Positions 17,305 to 25,132 of a stretch of DNA of 35,958 nt are shown in pieces. The stretch comes from an uncultured bacterium (GTDB lineage Bacteria; Lernaellota; Lernaellaia; Lernaellales; Lernaellaceae), in assembly GCA_964534375.1 (NCBI GenBank), contig CAZHPN010000047.1:1-35958 (forward strand), read 5' to 3'. Position numbers and translations under genes: made by a program. The notes beneath the pieces are model-generated. The model saw nothing but the letters and a program-made list of their open reading frames with translations, made no database searches and had not been told where the DNA came from. Every line of letters begins with the position of its first letter. The first letter of the stretch is position 1.

Positions 17305-18603
17305 CTACGCCGGCAATTCGTTGCCGATCGCGTCGAAAAATGCCTCAATCGCCGACCGCGCCGACTCCGGAACGCCTGCGGATAGCGTGAGGCCGCCCGC
17401 GTATCCGGAAAGCCCGGCGCCGAAGAGCGGCGGATAGATCGGCGGCGCGAGCAGCCAAGCCGACTTCGGACAAACGCCGTCGAATGACAACCGTTCCGGC
17501 GCGATCGGGCCCATGTTGGTGAAGCTGTTCGGGAAATTCCCCGCTGCCATGGCCCCGCCGAACAATTTTTTCTCGAAGGCCATAAGACCCGGGTATGAGA
17601 ACCGGCGGAATTGTGTGAAGAGCAGCACCTCGGACAGCCCCGGCCAACTTCGCTTGCGCTGGCGCATGAGCGAGCTGACGCGATCCACCGTCTCCGCGAA
17701 ATCCTTTCCCAGGTTTCGCCCGAGAAATGGATACTCCCATCCGCTCAAGTTGCAGACCGCCTCGGCGCGTTCGTTCGGCAGATGCCAGCGGCGAAGGTCA
17801 AGCGTGATTTGCAGCCGCAGGGCGGACCGGCCGTCCCACTCCCGCACGGCCACCTGCGCGCGATAGTAGGCCGCCGCCAACAGGTCGTTCAGCGTGGCGC
17901 CGCGCTCGCGACCGTACGCCGCCATTCGCGCCACGCGGTCGGGCGTAAAATGCCGCACGACATAGCCGAACGGCGCGCGCGGACCATCCGGCAGGCGCAA
18001 CGCGTGCGTCGCCTTCGGCACGTAGCCGATGACGATCCGGTGCAGGCAGTTCCTGATCAACGTCGGGTACGATCGCCAGGGCACGAGACGGATAATCTGT
18101 TCGAATTCGCGGCAACCGGTCACGTTGGGAAGCGGCCGATACGCCGGGTCGCCGGCCAGGCGCGAATAGAGATCGGCGAGAATCGCCGCGACGTCCTTCG
18201 TCCCGCCGGCGTCCGCCGCGTGGTGCGCCACTTTCAACAACAACCGATCGCCGCCGGGGGCGTTCCACAAGCAGATTTTCACCAGCGGCCCGATAGTCGC
18301 GTCGAGGCTTTCGATCCGGAATTTTTCAAACGCCTCGCGCGTTTCGACCTGGCAAAAACCGCTCCGGCCTTCGGGCGGCAGCCGCTGCCAGTACGGCGGT
18401 TTCGCCGCGGTGACCATCCGGCAGCCGAGCACGGGTTCCGCGTCGAGCAGCAGCGCGTGCGCGGCCGCCAGGCGCGCGGCGTCGAGGCGGCCCGGGAACT
18501 TCATTTCTATTTGGATGATCATCTCGCCCACGCCGATGTCGACCCAGCTTTGCAGCACGTAGTCGGCCAGGGCCGCGGGAATTTGCTCGGGAATAGGTTG
18601 CAT
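17305..18603 (-). CDS. Stand-alone condensation-domain / CoA-dependent acyltransferase
   Basis: F.GRLDA.RL, LLLKVAHHAADAGG (HxxxD), GATLNDLL.AA, TLDLRR, TNMG motifs. Likely start ATG 18603 rather than 18702. Confidence 0.85.
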   Translation of the reverse strand: MQPIPEQIPAALADYVLQSWVDIGVGEMIIQIEMKFPGRLDAARLAAAHALLLDAEPVLGCRMVTAAKPPYWQRLPPEGRSGFCQVETREAFEKFRIESLDATIGPLVKICLWNAPGGDRLLLKVAHHAADAGGTKDVAAILADLYSRLAGDPAYRPLPNVTGCREFEQIIRLVPWRSYPTLIRNCLHRIVIGYVPKATHALRLPDGPRAPFGYVVRHFTPDRVARMAAYGRERGATLNDLLAAAYYRAQVAVREWDGRSALRLQITLDLRRWHLPNERAEAVCNLSGWEYPFLGRNLGKDFAETVDRVSSLMRQRKRSWPGLSEVLLFTQFRRFSYPGLMAFEKKLFGGAMAAGNFPNSFTNMGPIAPERLSFDGVCPKSAWLLAPPIYPPLFGAGLSGYAGGLTLSAGVPESARSAIEAFFDAIGNELPA

Positions 18604-18715
18604 CAAACGAACCCAGTTGATTGTTCCGTGGTTTATACATGCCGCCAGCTCGCGGGGCAACGTCGCGGCCGTTGCTGATGCCCGGATCATTGCCTGACGC
18701 AAATAGCACGTCCGT

Positions 18716-18750
18716 CACTGGCCACCGACCACTGACCACCGACCACTGCC
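18716..18750. repeat. Heptamer tandem array (CACYGVC)x5
   Basis: cactggc caccgac cactgac caccgac cactgcc, between divergent genes. Confidence 0.9.
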
Positions 18751-18810
18751 CCCCTGCTTCTTGAATGCGCGGCAACCGCGGTGTACGTTCCACGCATCAA
18801 GGAGGCGCTC

Positions 18811-19854
18811 ATGCGTACGACTTCGAAGGCGATCCTCTTGACGACGCTGTTGGCGGCCATTGTCGCGCTGAATTTTGGCGCGGCCCACTCCCAGTCGCCC
18901 GCCGCGCCGGCGGTTCGTGCGCTGGCGTTGCCGGGCGCGCCGGAAACGGGCGCGTCGATGGACTACACCGCCTATGACGCAATCCATCATCGCGTCTGGG
19001 TTCCCGCGGGCAACACCGGCAGCGTGTACGTCATCGACACGACCAACGACCAGGCGACGCGGATCGCAGGCTTCCAGACGGCCGAGGTCGAAATGCGCGG
19101 CCAGAAGCGCACGGTCGGGCCGAGTTCGGCAACCGTGGGCGACGGCGTCGTCTACATCGGCAACCGCGCCGACGCCAGCGTTTGCGCGGTGGACGCGGTT
19201 TCGCTGAAAATCGGCGGCTGCGCGAAGCTCGATTCGTCGCCCGACGGCCTCGCCTATGTCGCGGCAACCAAGGAAGTCTGGGTCACAACTCCCCGCGACA
19301 AGTCGATCGTCGTGCTCGATGCCGCCGCCCTCGCCGTCAAGGCCAAGCTTCGGCTCGACGGCGCGCCCGAGGGCTACGCCGTCGACAACCAGCGCGGCAT
19401 TTTCTACACCAATCTGGAGGACAAAGACCGCACTCTGACCATCGATTTGCGCAGCCGCGCCGTCGCGAGAACCTGGATGCCGAATTGCGGCGAGAAAGGC
19501 CCGCGCGGGCTGGCGCTCGACGGCGCCCGCAACTTCCTCTTCGTCGCGTGCACCGATCACGTGGTCGCGCTCGACGCCGGGCACGACGGCAAGTTGCTCT
19601 CGCAGATCGACACCGGCGACGGCGTCGACAACATCGACTACGTCGAGCCGCGCGCCGAACTATTCGCCGCCGCCGGCCGCGCCGGCAAACTGACGATCGC
19701 GCACGTCGATCAAAAAGGGGCGCTGACGCCGGCAGCCGTTGTGACGACCGCGGTCGGCGCACGCAACGCGGTGGCCACGGAACGCGGCGCCGCGTATCTT
19801 ATCGACCCGCAACGCGGCCGGGTCCTGGCCGTAGGGCCGACCGCGCTGCACTGA
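18811..19854 (+). CDS. Exported YncE/YVTN-like beta-propeller protein
   Basis: AAGGAGG RBS before ATG 18811; signal peptide; MDY.AYD, PDGLAY, PEGYAVD, PRGLALD, GDGVDNIDY repeats. Confidence 0.85.
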   Translation: MRTTSKAILLTTLLAAIVALNFGAAHSQSPAAPAVRALALPGAPETGASMDYTAYDAIHHRVWVPAGNTGSVYVIDTTNDQATRIAGFQTAEVEMRGQKRTVGPSSATVGDGVVYIGNRADASVCAVDAVSLKIGGCAKLDSSPDGLAYVAATKEVWVTTPRDKSIVVLDAAALAVKAKLRLDGAPEGYAVDNQRGIFYTNLEDKDRTLTIDLRSRAVARTWMPNCGEKGPRGLALDGARNFLFVACTDHVVALDAGHDGKLLSQIDTGDGVDNIDYVEPRAELFAAAGRAGKLTIAHVDQKGALTPAAVVTTAVGARNAVATERGAAYLIDPQRGRVLAVGPTALH

Positions 19855-20795
19855 TGAAGGACGGTTCGCACATGGAAATGCTCGGCGACGCGCACGAAAC
19901 GCCCGTGCGGGGCACGACGATCGCCTGGGGTGAAATGGGCGCCGGGCCGCCGCTCGTCTTGCTTCACGGCATTCAGGATTCGCATCGCGCCTGGCGCCGG
20001 GCGGCGCCCTTTCTGGCGCGGCGATTTCGCGTGTTGATGCCCGACCTGCCCGGTCACGGTTTTTCCGGCCGACCCGACGCGCCGTACACGTTGACGTGGT
20101 TCGCGCAGATGATCGCCGCCTGGATGGCAGAAATCGGCGTCGAAAAAGCGCACCTCTGCGGGCACTCGTTCGGCGGCGGCGTGGCGCAATGGATGGTCCT
20201 CGAACAACGGCGGCGGATCGACCGCCTGGCGCTCGTCTCCGCCGGCGGCCTCGGCCGCCAGGTCGCGATCGGCATGCGCCTCGCGACCTTCCCCGTGCTG
20301 GGTCCGAAGATCACGCCCCTCGTCCTGCGGCGCCTCTTGCCGCTCGTTCTGAAGCACTCGTCCGAGGTTTTCGGCCACATGGAACCGGAGGAGCAGGAAC
20401 GCTTCATCCGGATGATTCGCCTTCCCGGCACGGACGCCGCATTTCAAAAAAGCCTCGAAGGCGTCATCAACGTCTTCGGGCAATATGTGCAGACGATCCA
20501 GCGCGCCGGCGAGGTCCCCGACATGCCGCCGGTCGCCATCTTCTGGGGGACGCAAGACCCCATTATCCCCATTCAGCACGGCAAAAATGCCGCGGCGAAC
20601 GCCGAGAATATCACGCTCACAATCTACAAAGGGTGCGGCCATTACCCGCAGCTCGACGCGCCCGAGCGCTTCGCCCGCGACCTGACGGAATTCCTGTGCG
20701 ACCCCAATCGCCCCGGCGCCCGCTTTCATTCGCTCCCGGAGAAAAAGGGCCTGCGCGAACTCTTCGGATTCGCGAAAAACAAATCCGCATCATAA
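19854..20795 (+). CDS. Alpha/beta-fold hydrolase
   Basis: PLVLLHG, PDLPGHGFS, GHSFGGG nucleophile elbow, WG.QDPIIP, GHYPQ. Start is ATG 19854 (TGATG overlap) or 19872. Confidence 0.92.
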   Translation: MKDGSHMEMLGDAHETPVRGTTIAWGEMGAGPPLVLLHGIQDSHRAWRRAAPFLARRFRVLMPDLPGHGFSGRPDAPYTLTWFAQMIAAWMAEIGVEKAHLCGHSFGGGVAQWMVLEQRRRIDRLALVSAGGLGRQVAIGMRLATFPVLGPKITPLVLRRLLPLVLKHSSEVFGHMEPEEQERFIRMIRLPGTDAAFQKSLEGVINVFGQYVQTIQRAGEVPDMPPVAIFWGTQDPIIPIQHGKNAAANAENITLTIYKGCGHYPQLDAPERFARDLTEFLCDPNRPGARFHSLPEKKGLRELFGFAKNKSAS

Positions 20796-20861
20796 AAAGC
20801 GACCGGCGTCGCCAAAGCCCCGTCCGCGAAATATCAGCGCGCGTATCGTGTGAATATGACA

Positions 20862-20897
20862 TATAGGTCGCATAGGCCCTAGCGGTCCTATAGGTCC
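20862..20897. repeat. Nonamer tandem array (~TATAGGTCC)x4
   Basis: tataggtcg cataggccc tagcggtcc tataggtcc, between convergent genes. Confidence 0.7.
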
Positions 20898-20945
20898 CAT
20901 CGAGTCTGCCGCTTCCGATCTTCTCCGTGACTTTGAAAACCTGCG

Positions 20946-21524
20946 TTATTGCGCAAGCGCGGCGACGATCTCGTCCGTCGATCGCACGCGGCCCAGCCGT
21001 TTCAACACGAAGTTGACGGACGCGGCGTGCATCTCCGGGGCCAGCGACGCCATCGCGTCCTCGGCGAAAATCTGCTGGTAGCCGTACTCGTACGCGAACC
21101 GGGCGGTGCTCTCGACGCCGTAGTTCGTGGCGATGCCGCAGAGCACGATGGTCTTCAAGCCGCGCCGCCGCAGTTGCAGGTCGAGATCCGTGCCGTAAAA
21201 CGCGCCCCACTGCTTCTTGCCGATGACGATATCGCCCGGCCGCGGCCCCAACTCCTCGACGATCTCGGACCAGTCGGCCGGCAAATTCGCCGGCGGCTGC
21301 CATTTCTCGTCGGCGAGCGGGCTCAGCCGGTCGGGGCCCAGCGCCGCGACGCGCACGAGAAAAACGGGCATGCCGTTTTTCCGGAAGGCGTCCGCCAGCC
21401 GCGCGGCGTTCGCCACCACCGTTGCGGCGTCGTGCGGCTGGGTGGCCCGCGACGCGACCCCTTTTTGGAGATCGATCGCCACCAGGGCCGTGCTCCCGCG
21501 GTCAACCTCGAGCGTCGTTGTCAT
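20946..21524 (-). CDS. Isochorismatase-family hydrolase (YecD-like)
   Basis: TALVAIDLQKG, KKQWGAFYGTDLDLQLRRRG, GIATNYGVESTAR, AEDAM; AGAGGAG RBS. Confidence 0.93.
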   Translation of the reverse strand: MTTTLEVDRGSTALVAIDLQKGVASRATQPHDAATVVANAARLADAFRKNGMPVFLVRVAALGPDRLSPLADEKWQPPANLPADWSEIVEELGPRPGDIVIGKKQWGAFYGTDLDLQLRRRGLKTIVLCGIATNYGVESTARFAYEYGYQQIFAEDAMASLAPEMHAASVNFVLKRLGRVRSTDEIVAALAQ

Positions 21525-21563
21525 GGTCGTCGCTCCTCTTCCGGTGCGGCCGGAAATGCGCGT

Positions 21564-22631
21564 TTATTTCCCGTCGTTCTTATCGTTCGCGGTCAACCGA
21601 TCGACGAATTCCGACACTTGCACCAGGCTGTCCTGGGCCAGAATCAGGCTTTGCCGGTCGCCTTTGATCACGGTGACGAAAATATACCCATCGAAAAGGC
21701 AACCGTACGCCTGCGCATTGTTGATATTCACTTCCGTCGCCCACGGGACGACAAAATGCGGCGCGGCTTTCGGCAGTTGCAACAACAGCCGCAGGTTGAC
21801 GCCGTCGCCGAAATCGGAAACGAGCACCGGCCCGAATTCGCTTTTCTGCACCTTGTGGGCCGCCTTCTCGCCGCCGTCGAACCACAGCGTCAGCCCGTCG
21901 ATCGGGGCGCCGTCCCAGGCGGCGCCGGCGGCCAGGTCGATCGTCAGCGCGGCGCCCTTCCCGGCTGGGGCCGGCGCGAGAAAAATCCCCTCCGGCGCGG
22001 GCGCATCCCGCTGGTATTCGCTGACCTGCCACATTTGCCGCAGTTCGCCGTTCTTGTCGAAAACCTGCGCCTGCTTGATGACGTTGGTGTCGGTGTCCGC
22101 GAAGGTGATCATCTTCATGGAAAATTTGTTGTCCCACGGATCGGGGGTCGCGATGGTCTTCAATGATTCGCGCCCTTCCCAGATTGTCTTCGACAGCGAG
22201 AAATCCATCGTGCGCAGGCTTTCCCGCACCACGCGATTCAGCAACCTCAGCGCGCGCCGCTCGTCGTATGCGGGCAAACTTCGTATTTGCAGACTTCCTT
22301 GATGGTTCGGCAAACTCAGCCAAAACGTGCGGTCCGATACGCCGGCGACGAAACCCTTGTCCTTCGCCGGCGCCAGCGCCTCGAAGCGAAACGCGCCTTG
22401 CGGCGTCGCCAGCATGCTGTCCCAATAGAGGACCCGGAACTCTTTCTCCGGCTGGCCCGTTCGGTCGGGCCAAATCGTCATGATCTGCCGGTTCGTCTTG
22501 ACTTTCTTCCAGGCCTCCATCAACTCATTGGAGATCGTCGAGGTCATGGATTCCGGAATCTTGCAACCTTGCGCCGCCAACGCGCACGCGAGAACCAGAA
22601 TTGCGGCGCCGGCGCGAAAAAGTGGTCTCAT
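21564..22631 (-). CDS. Lipoprotein, possibly LolA-like fold
   Basis: LAAQG|C lipobox; FRFE..AP..DKG and 'GRE....ATP...ITFAD..T..IKQ..VFDKNG' segments recall LolA-like sorting proteins. Functional call is weak. Confidence 0.6.
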   Translation of the reverse strand: MRPLFRAGAAILVLACALAAQGCKIPESMTSTISNELMEAWKKVKTNRQIMTIWPDRTGQPEKEFRVLYWDSMLATPQGAFRFEALAPAKDKGFVAGVSDRTFWLSLPNHQGSLQIRSLPAYDERRALRLLNRVVRESLRTMDFSLSKTIWEGRESLKTIATPDPWDNKFSMKMITFADTDTNVIKQAQVFDKNGELRQMWQVSEYQRDAPAPEGIFLAPAPAGKGAALTIDLAAGAAWDGAPIDGLTLWFDGGEKAAHKVQKSEFGPVLVSDFGDGVNLRLLLQLPKAAPHFVVPWATEVNINNAQAYGCLFDGYIFVTVIKGDRQSLILAQDSLVQVSEFVDRLTANDKNDGK

Positions 22632-22889
22632 GCGGTGATGCCCCCGTGCGCCATTTCGGCCGCCGCGACGGCAAGCCGGTCGAGTGTCGGGCTCTACGGC
22701 AAACCGGCCGGCTGGCGAGCCGCGCCCCCGGTCGTCTTCGCGCAGTCAAAGCACAATGCAGGGGCCTTGTACCACGAAATGGCCGGAACCTTCAAACTTC
22801 CCATAGCTTGATGGCGCCCAACGGGCGTCGTGCAGGCAAGACGTGACAGTCGCCGTCGCGGAACTTTCAACCGCCATTGCCATCGGTCT

Positions 22890-23201
22890 ACGGAGAACGA
22901 AATAAACAACTACGCAGCCCTTCGCGAAATCGTGGACCCACATCCGGCCCGCGCGCCGGCCTCGCCCTTTTTCGACGAGATTCTGCGCATCCTGTTCAGC
23001 AAACCGGAAGTCGCGCTGGTTGTGCAGATGAGTTCCCAGACGATGCCCCGCGCCCGCATCGCCGCCGCGGCCGGCCTCGACGGGACGGCGGCCCGCGCCC
23101 ATCTCGAAGCGATGGCCGAACGCGGCGTCGTCTCTAGAGAAATTCTCCGCGGTGATGAATCGCGCCAAAAAAGAGGAGCACGGCCCCGTTCGTCCGCTTA
23201 G
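22890..23201 (+). pseudogene. Remnant of the N-terminal HTH-like region of a 4Fe-4S-binding protein
   Basis: Frame reads (ACG)ENEINNYAALREIVDPHPARAPASPFFDEILRILFSKPEVAL..IAAAAGLD..AR.HLEAMAERGVV, then loses similarity and stops. No ATG start and no Cys clusters. Confidence 0.6.
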
Positions 23202-23312
23202 CTTGACCGCGCGACCCGGCTTTGATAAACCTGGATCAGGGTGCAACTAACGTTGATTCGCGATTGTCCGGAAACGGCGTCGTTGGTCGCCACGGCGCGG
23301 GGGGGCGTTCCC

Positions 23313-25067
23313 ATGAAAACCAGCCGCTCGGTTCTCTTCATCCTGTTGACCATGGCCTTGCTCGCCGGCGCGACCGCCTGCGGCGCTTCGGGCGCCGCCC
23401 CGCTGGCCCGCCTGGGGGGGGATGACGATTTGGCGCCCGACGACGACAACCAACCGCCGGACGATGACGACAACGACGATGACAACGACGCCTCGCCCGA
23501 TGACGACGTCTCGCCCGATGACGACGTCTCGCCCGATGACGACCTCTCGCCCGTCGATGACGACGATGACTCCTCGCCGGACGACGACGACAACGACGAC
23601 CAATCGCCCGACGACGATGCCGCAGATGACGACGACGACAATGACGACGATGCCGCCGACGACGACGATAATGATGACGATAACGACAACGATGATTCCG
23701 CGCCGGACGACGACGACAACGACGATGACAACAACGACGATGACGACAACGACGATGACAACGACAACGATAACGACGACAACGACGCCTGCAATCCAAG
23801 CAGTTGCTCGCACGGCTGTTGCGACGAGACTGGAACTTGCCAGCCCGGCACGGCCGATGACCTGTGCGGCAATGACGGCGCGGCCTGCGTCGTGTGCAGC
23901 TTGGGCAATGAATGCTCCGGTCAGGAATGCGTCGCGTATTGCGGCCCCTCGAACTGCACGTCCGGGTGCTGCGCCGGGACGACTTGCGTGAACCCGGCCA
24001 CAAATGCCGAGTGCGGCGCGAAGGGGGCGGCGTGCGTCCAGTGCGCCGTGGGACAAGAGTGCGTCAGCGGCGCGTGCGCCTGCAATGCGGCCAGTTGCGC
24101 CGTGGGCTGCTGCGACGGCAGCGGAAACTGCCAGGCCGGAACGGCGAATGGCGCGTGCGGCTCGAGCGGCGCGGCCTGCGTCGCGTGCAACGCAGGCAGT
24201 GAATGCACCGGTCATAGCTGCGCCCCGTATTGCAATTCGGCGGACTGCCCGAGCGGCTGCTGCAACGGGACGGCCTGCATGCCGGGGACCGCAGACGCCG
24301 CCTGCGGGACGGCGGGCGCGGCCTGCCTGAATTGCCTGCCGACGGCTCATTGCGACAGCCACGCGTGCGTGGCGGCGTGCGATGGGGACTTGTGTCCGAA
24401 CGGCTGTTGCAGCGGCACGACCTGCGAGCCGGGCACGTCGGACGGGCAGTGCGGCACGGGCGGCGCGGCCTGCATCGAATGCCCGGAGAATTACGACTGC
24501 CAGGACAACGCGTGCGTCGTGGAATGCGACGCCGCCGACTGCCAGACCGGCTGTTGCAGCGGGTCCCAGTGCGTCGCCGGAACCTCGAGCCTCGCCTGCG
24601 GCGCGGACGGCGCCCCGTGCGTCGCTTGCGGCGCCGGCACGACCTGCGAGAGCGGCGTCTGCGTTCCCTACTGCAACGAGTTCGACTGTGCGAGCGGCTG
24701 TTGCAACGGCACGTCCTGCCAGCCCGGCAACACGAACGCGAACTGCGGCGGAGGCGGCAACGCCTGCACGACGTGCGGCTCAACTGAGACGTGCGACGGC
24801 CAGAGCTGCGTCGGCGTCGGCGCGTGCTGCAACACGAGCGGCATTTGCACCGACGGCGTCGAAGAGGGGAACTGCCAGAGCGGCGGCTCGCTCGAATGCT
24901 GGTACCAGGGCGCGACCTGCAACAGTCAGCCCTGCCAGGGCCTTTGCGAGTGCAACTACGACCTCGTTTGCAACTGTTACGGCCCGGAATCGTCCAACCA
25001 GTGCAGTTGCGACTTCACGATCCCCTCGTGGTATTGGTGCCAGGCGCAGTCGTATTGTCCGTGTTAG
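23313..25067 (+). CDS. Lipoprotein with long poly-Asp linker and seven 10-Cys repeats
   Basis: ATG 23313; LAGATA|CG lipobox; ~120-aa Asp/Asn tract; 7 x ~48-aa CxxxxCxxGCCxGxxCxPGTxxxxCGxxGxxCxxCxxxxxCxxxxC; C-terminal GACC module. Confidence 0.9.
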   Translation: MKTSRSVLFILLTMALLAGATACGASGAAPLARLGGDDDLAPDDDNQPPDDDDNDDDNDASPDDDVSPDDDVSPDDDLSPVDDDDDSSPDDDDNDDQSPDDDAADDDDDNDDDAADDDDNDDDNDNDDSAPDDDDNDDDNNDDDDNDDDNDNDNDDNDACNPSSCSHGCCDETGTCQPGTADDLCGNDGAACVVCSLGNECSGQECVAYCGPSNCTSGCCAGTTCVNPATNAECGAKGAACVQCAVGQECVSGACACNAASCAVGCCDGSGNCQAGTANGACGSSGAACVACNAGSECTGHSCAPYCNSADCPSGCCNGTACMPGTADAACGTAGAACLNCLPTAHCDSHACVAACDGDLCPNGCCSGTTCEPGTSDGQCGTGGAACIECPENYDCQDNACVVECDAADCQTGCCSGSQCVAGTSSLACGADGAPCVACGAGTTCESGVCVPYCNEFDCASGCCNGTSCQPGNTNANCGGGGNACTTCGSTETCDGQSCVGVGACCNTSGICTDGVEEGNCQSGGSLECWYQGATCNSQPCQGLCECNYDLVCNCYGPESSNQCSCDFTIPSWYWCQAQSYCPC

Positions 25068-25132
25068 GCCTCGGCCTTCACACAGGCAAGGGACGGATTC
25101 CGTCCATTTGACGCGAAACCGGGACACGACCA

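Noticed and set aside
19182..19853. N-terminal extension making the hydrolase 537 aa
   Set aside because: It overlaps the YncE-like gene in another frame; hydrolase similarity starts only after 19854.
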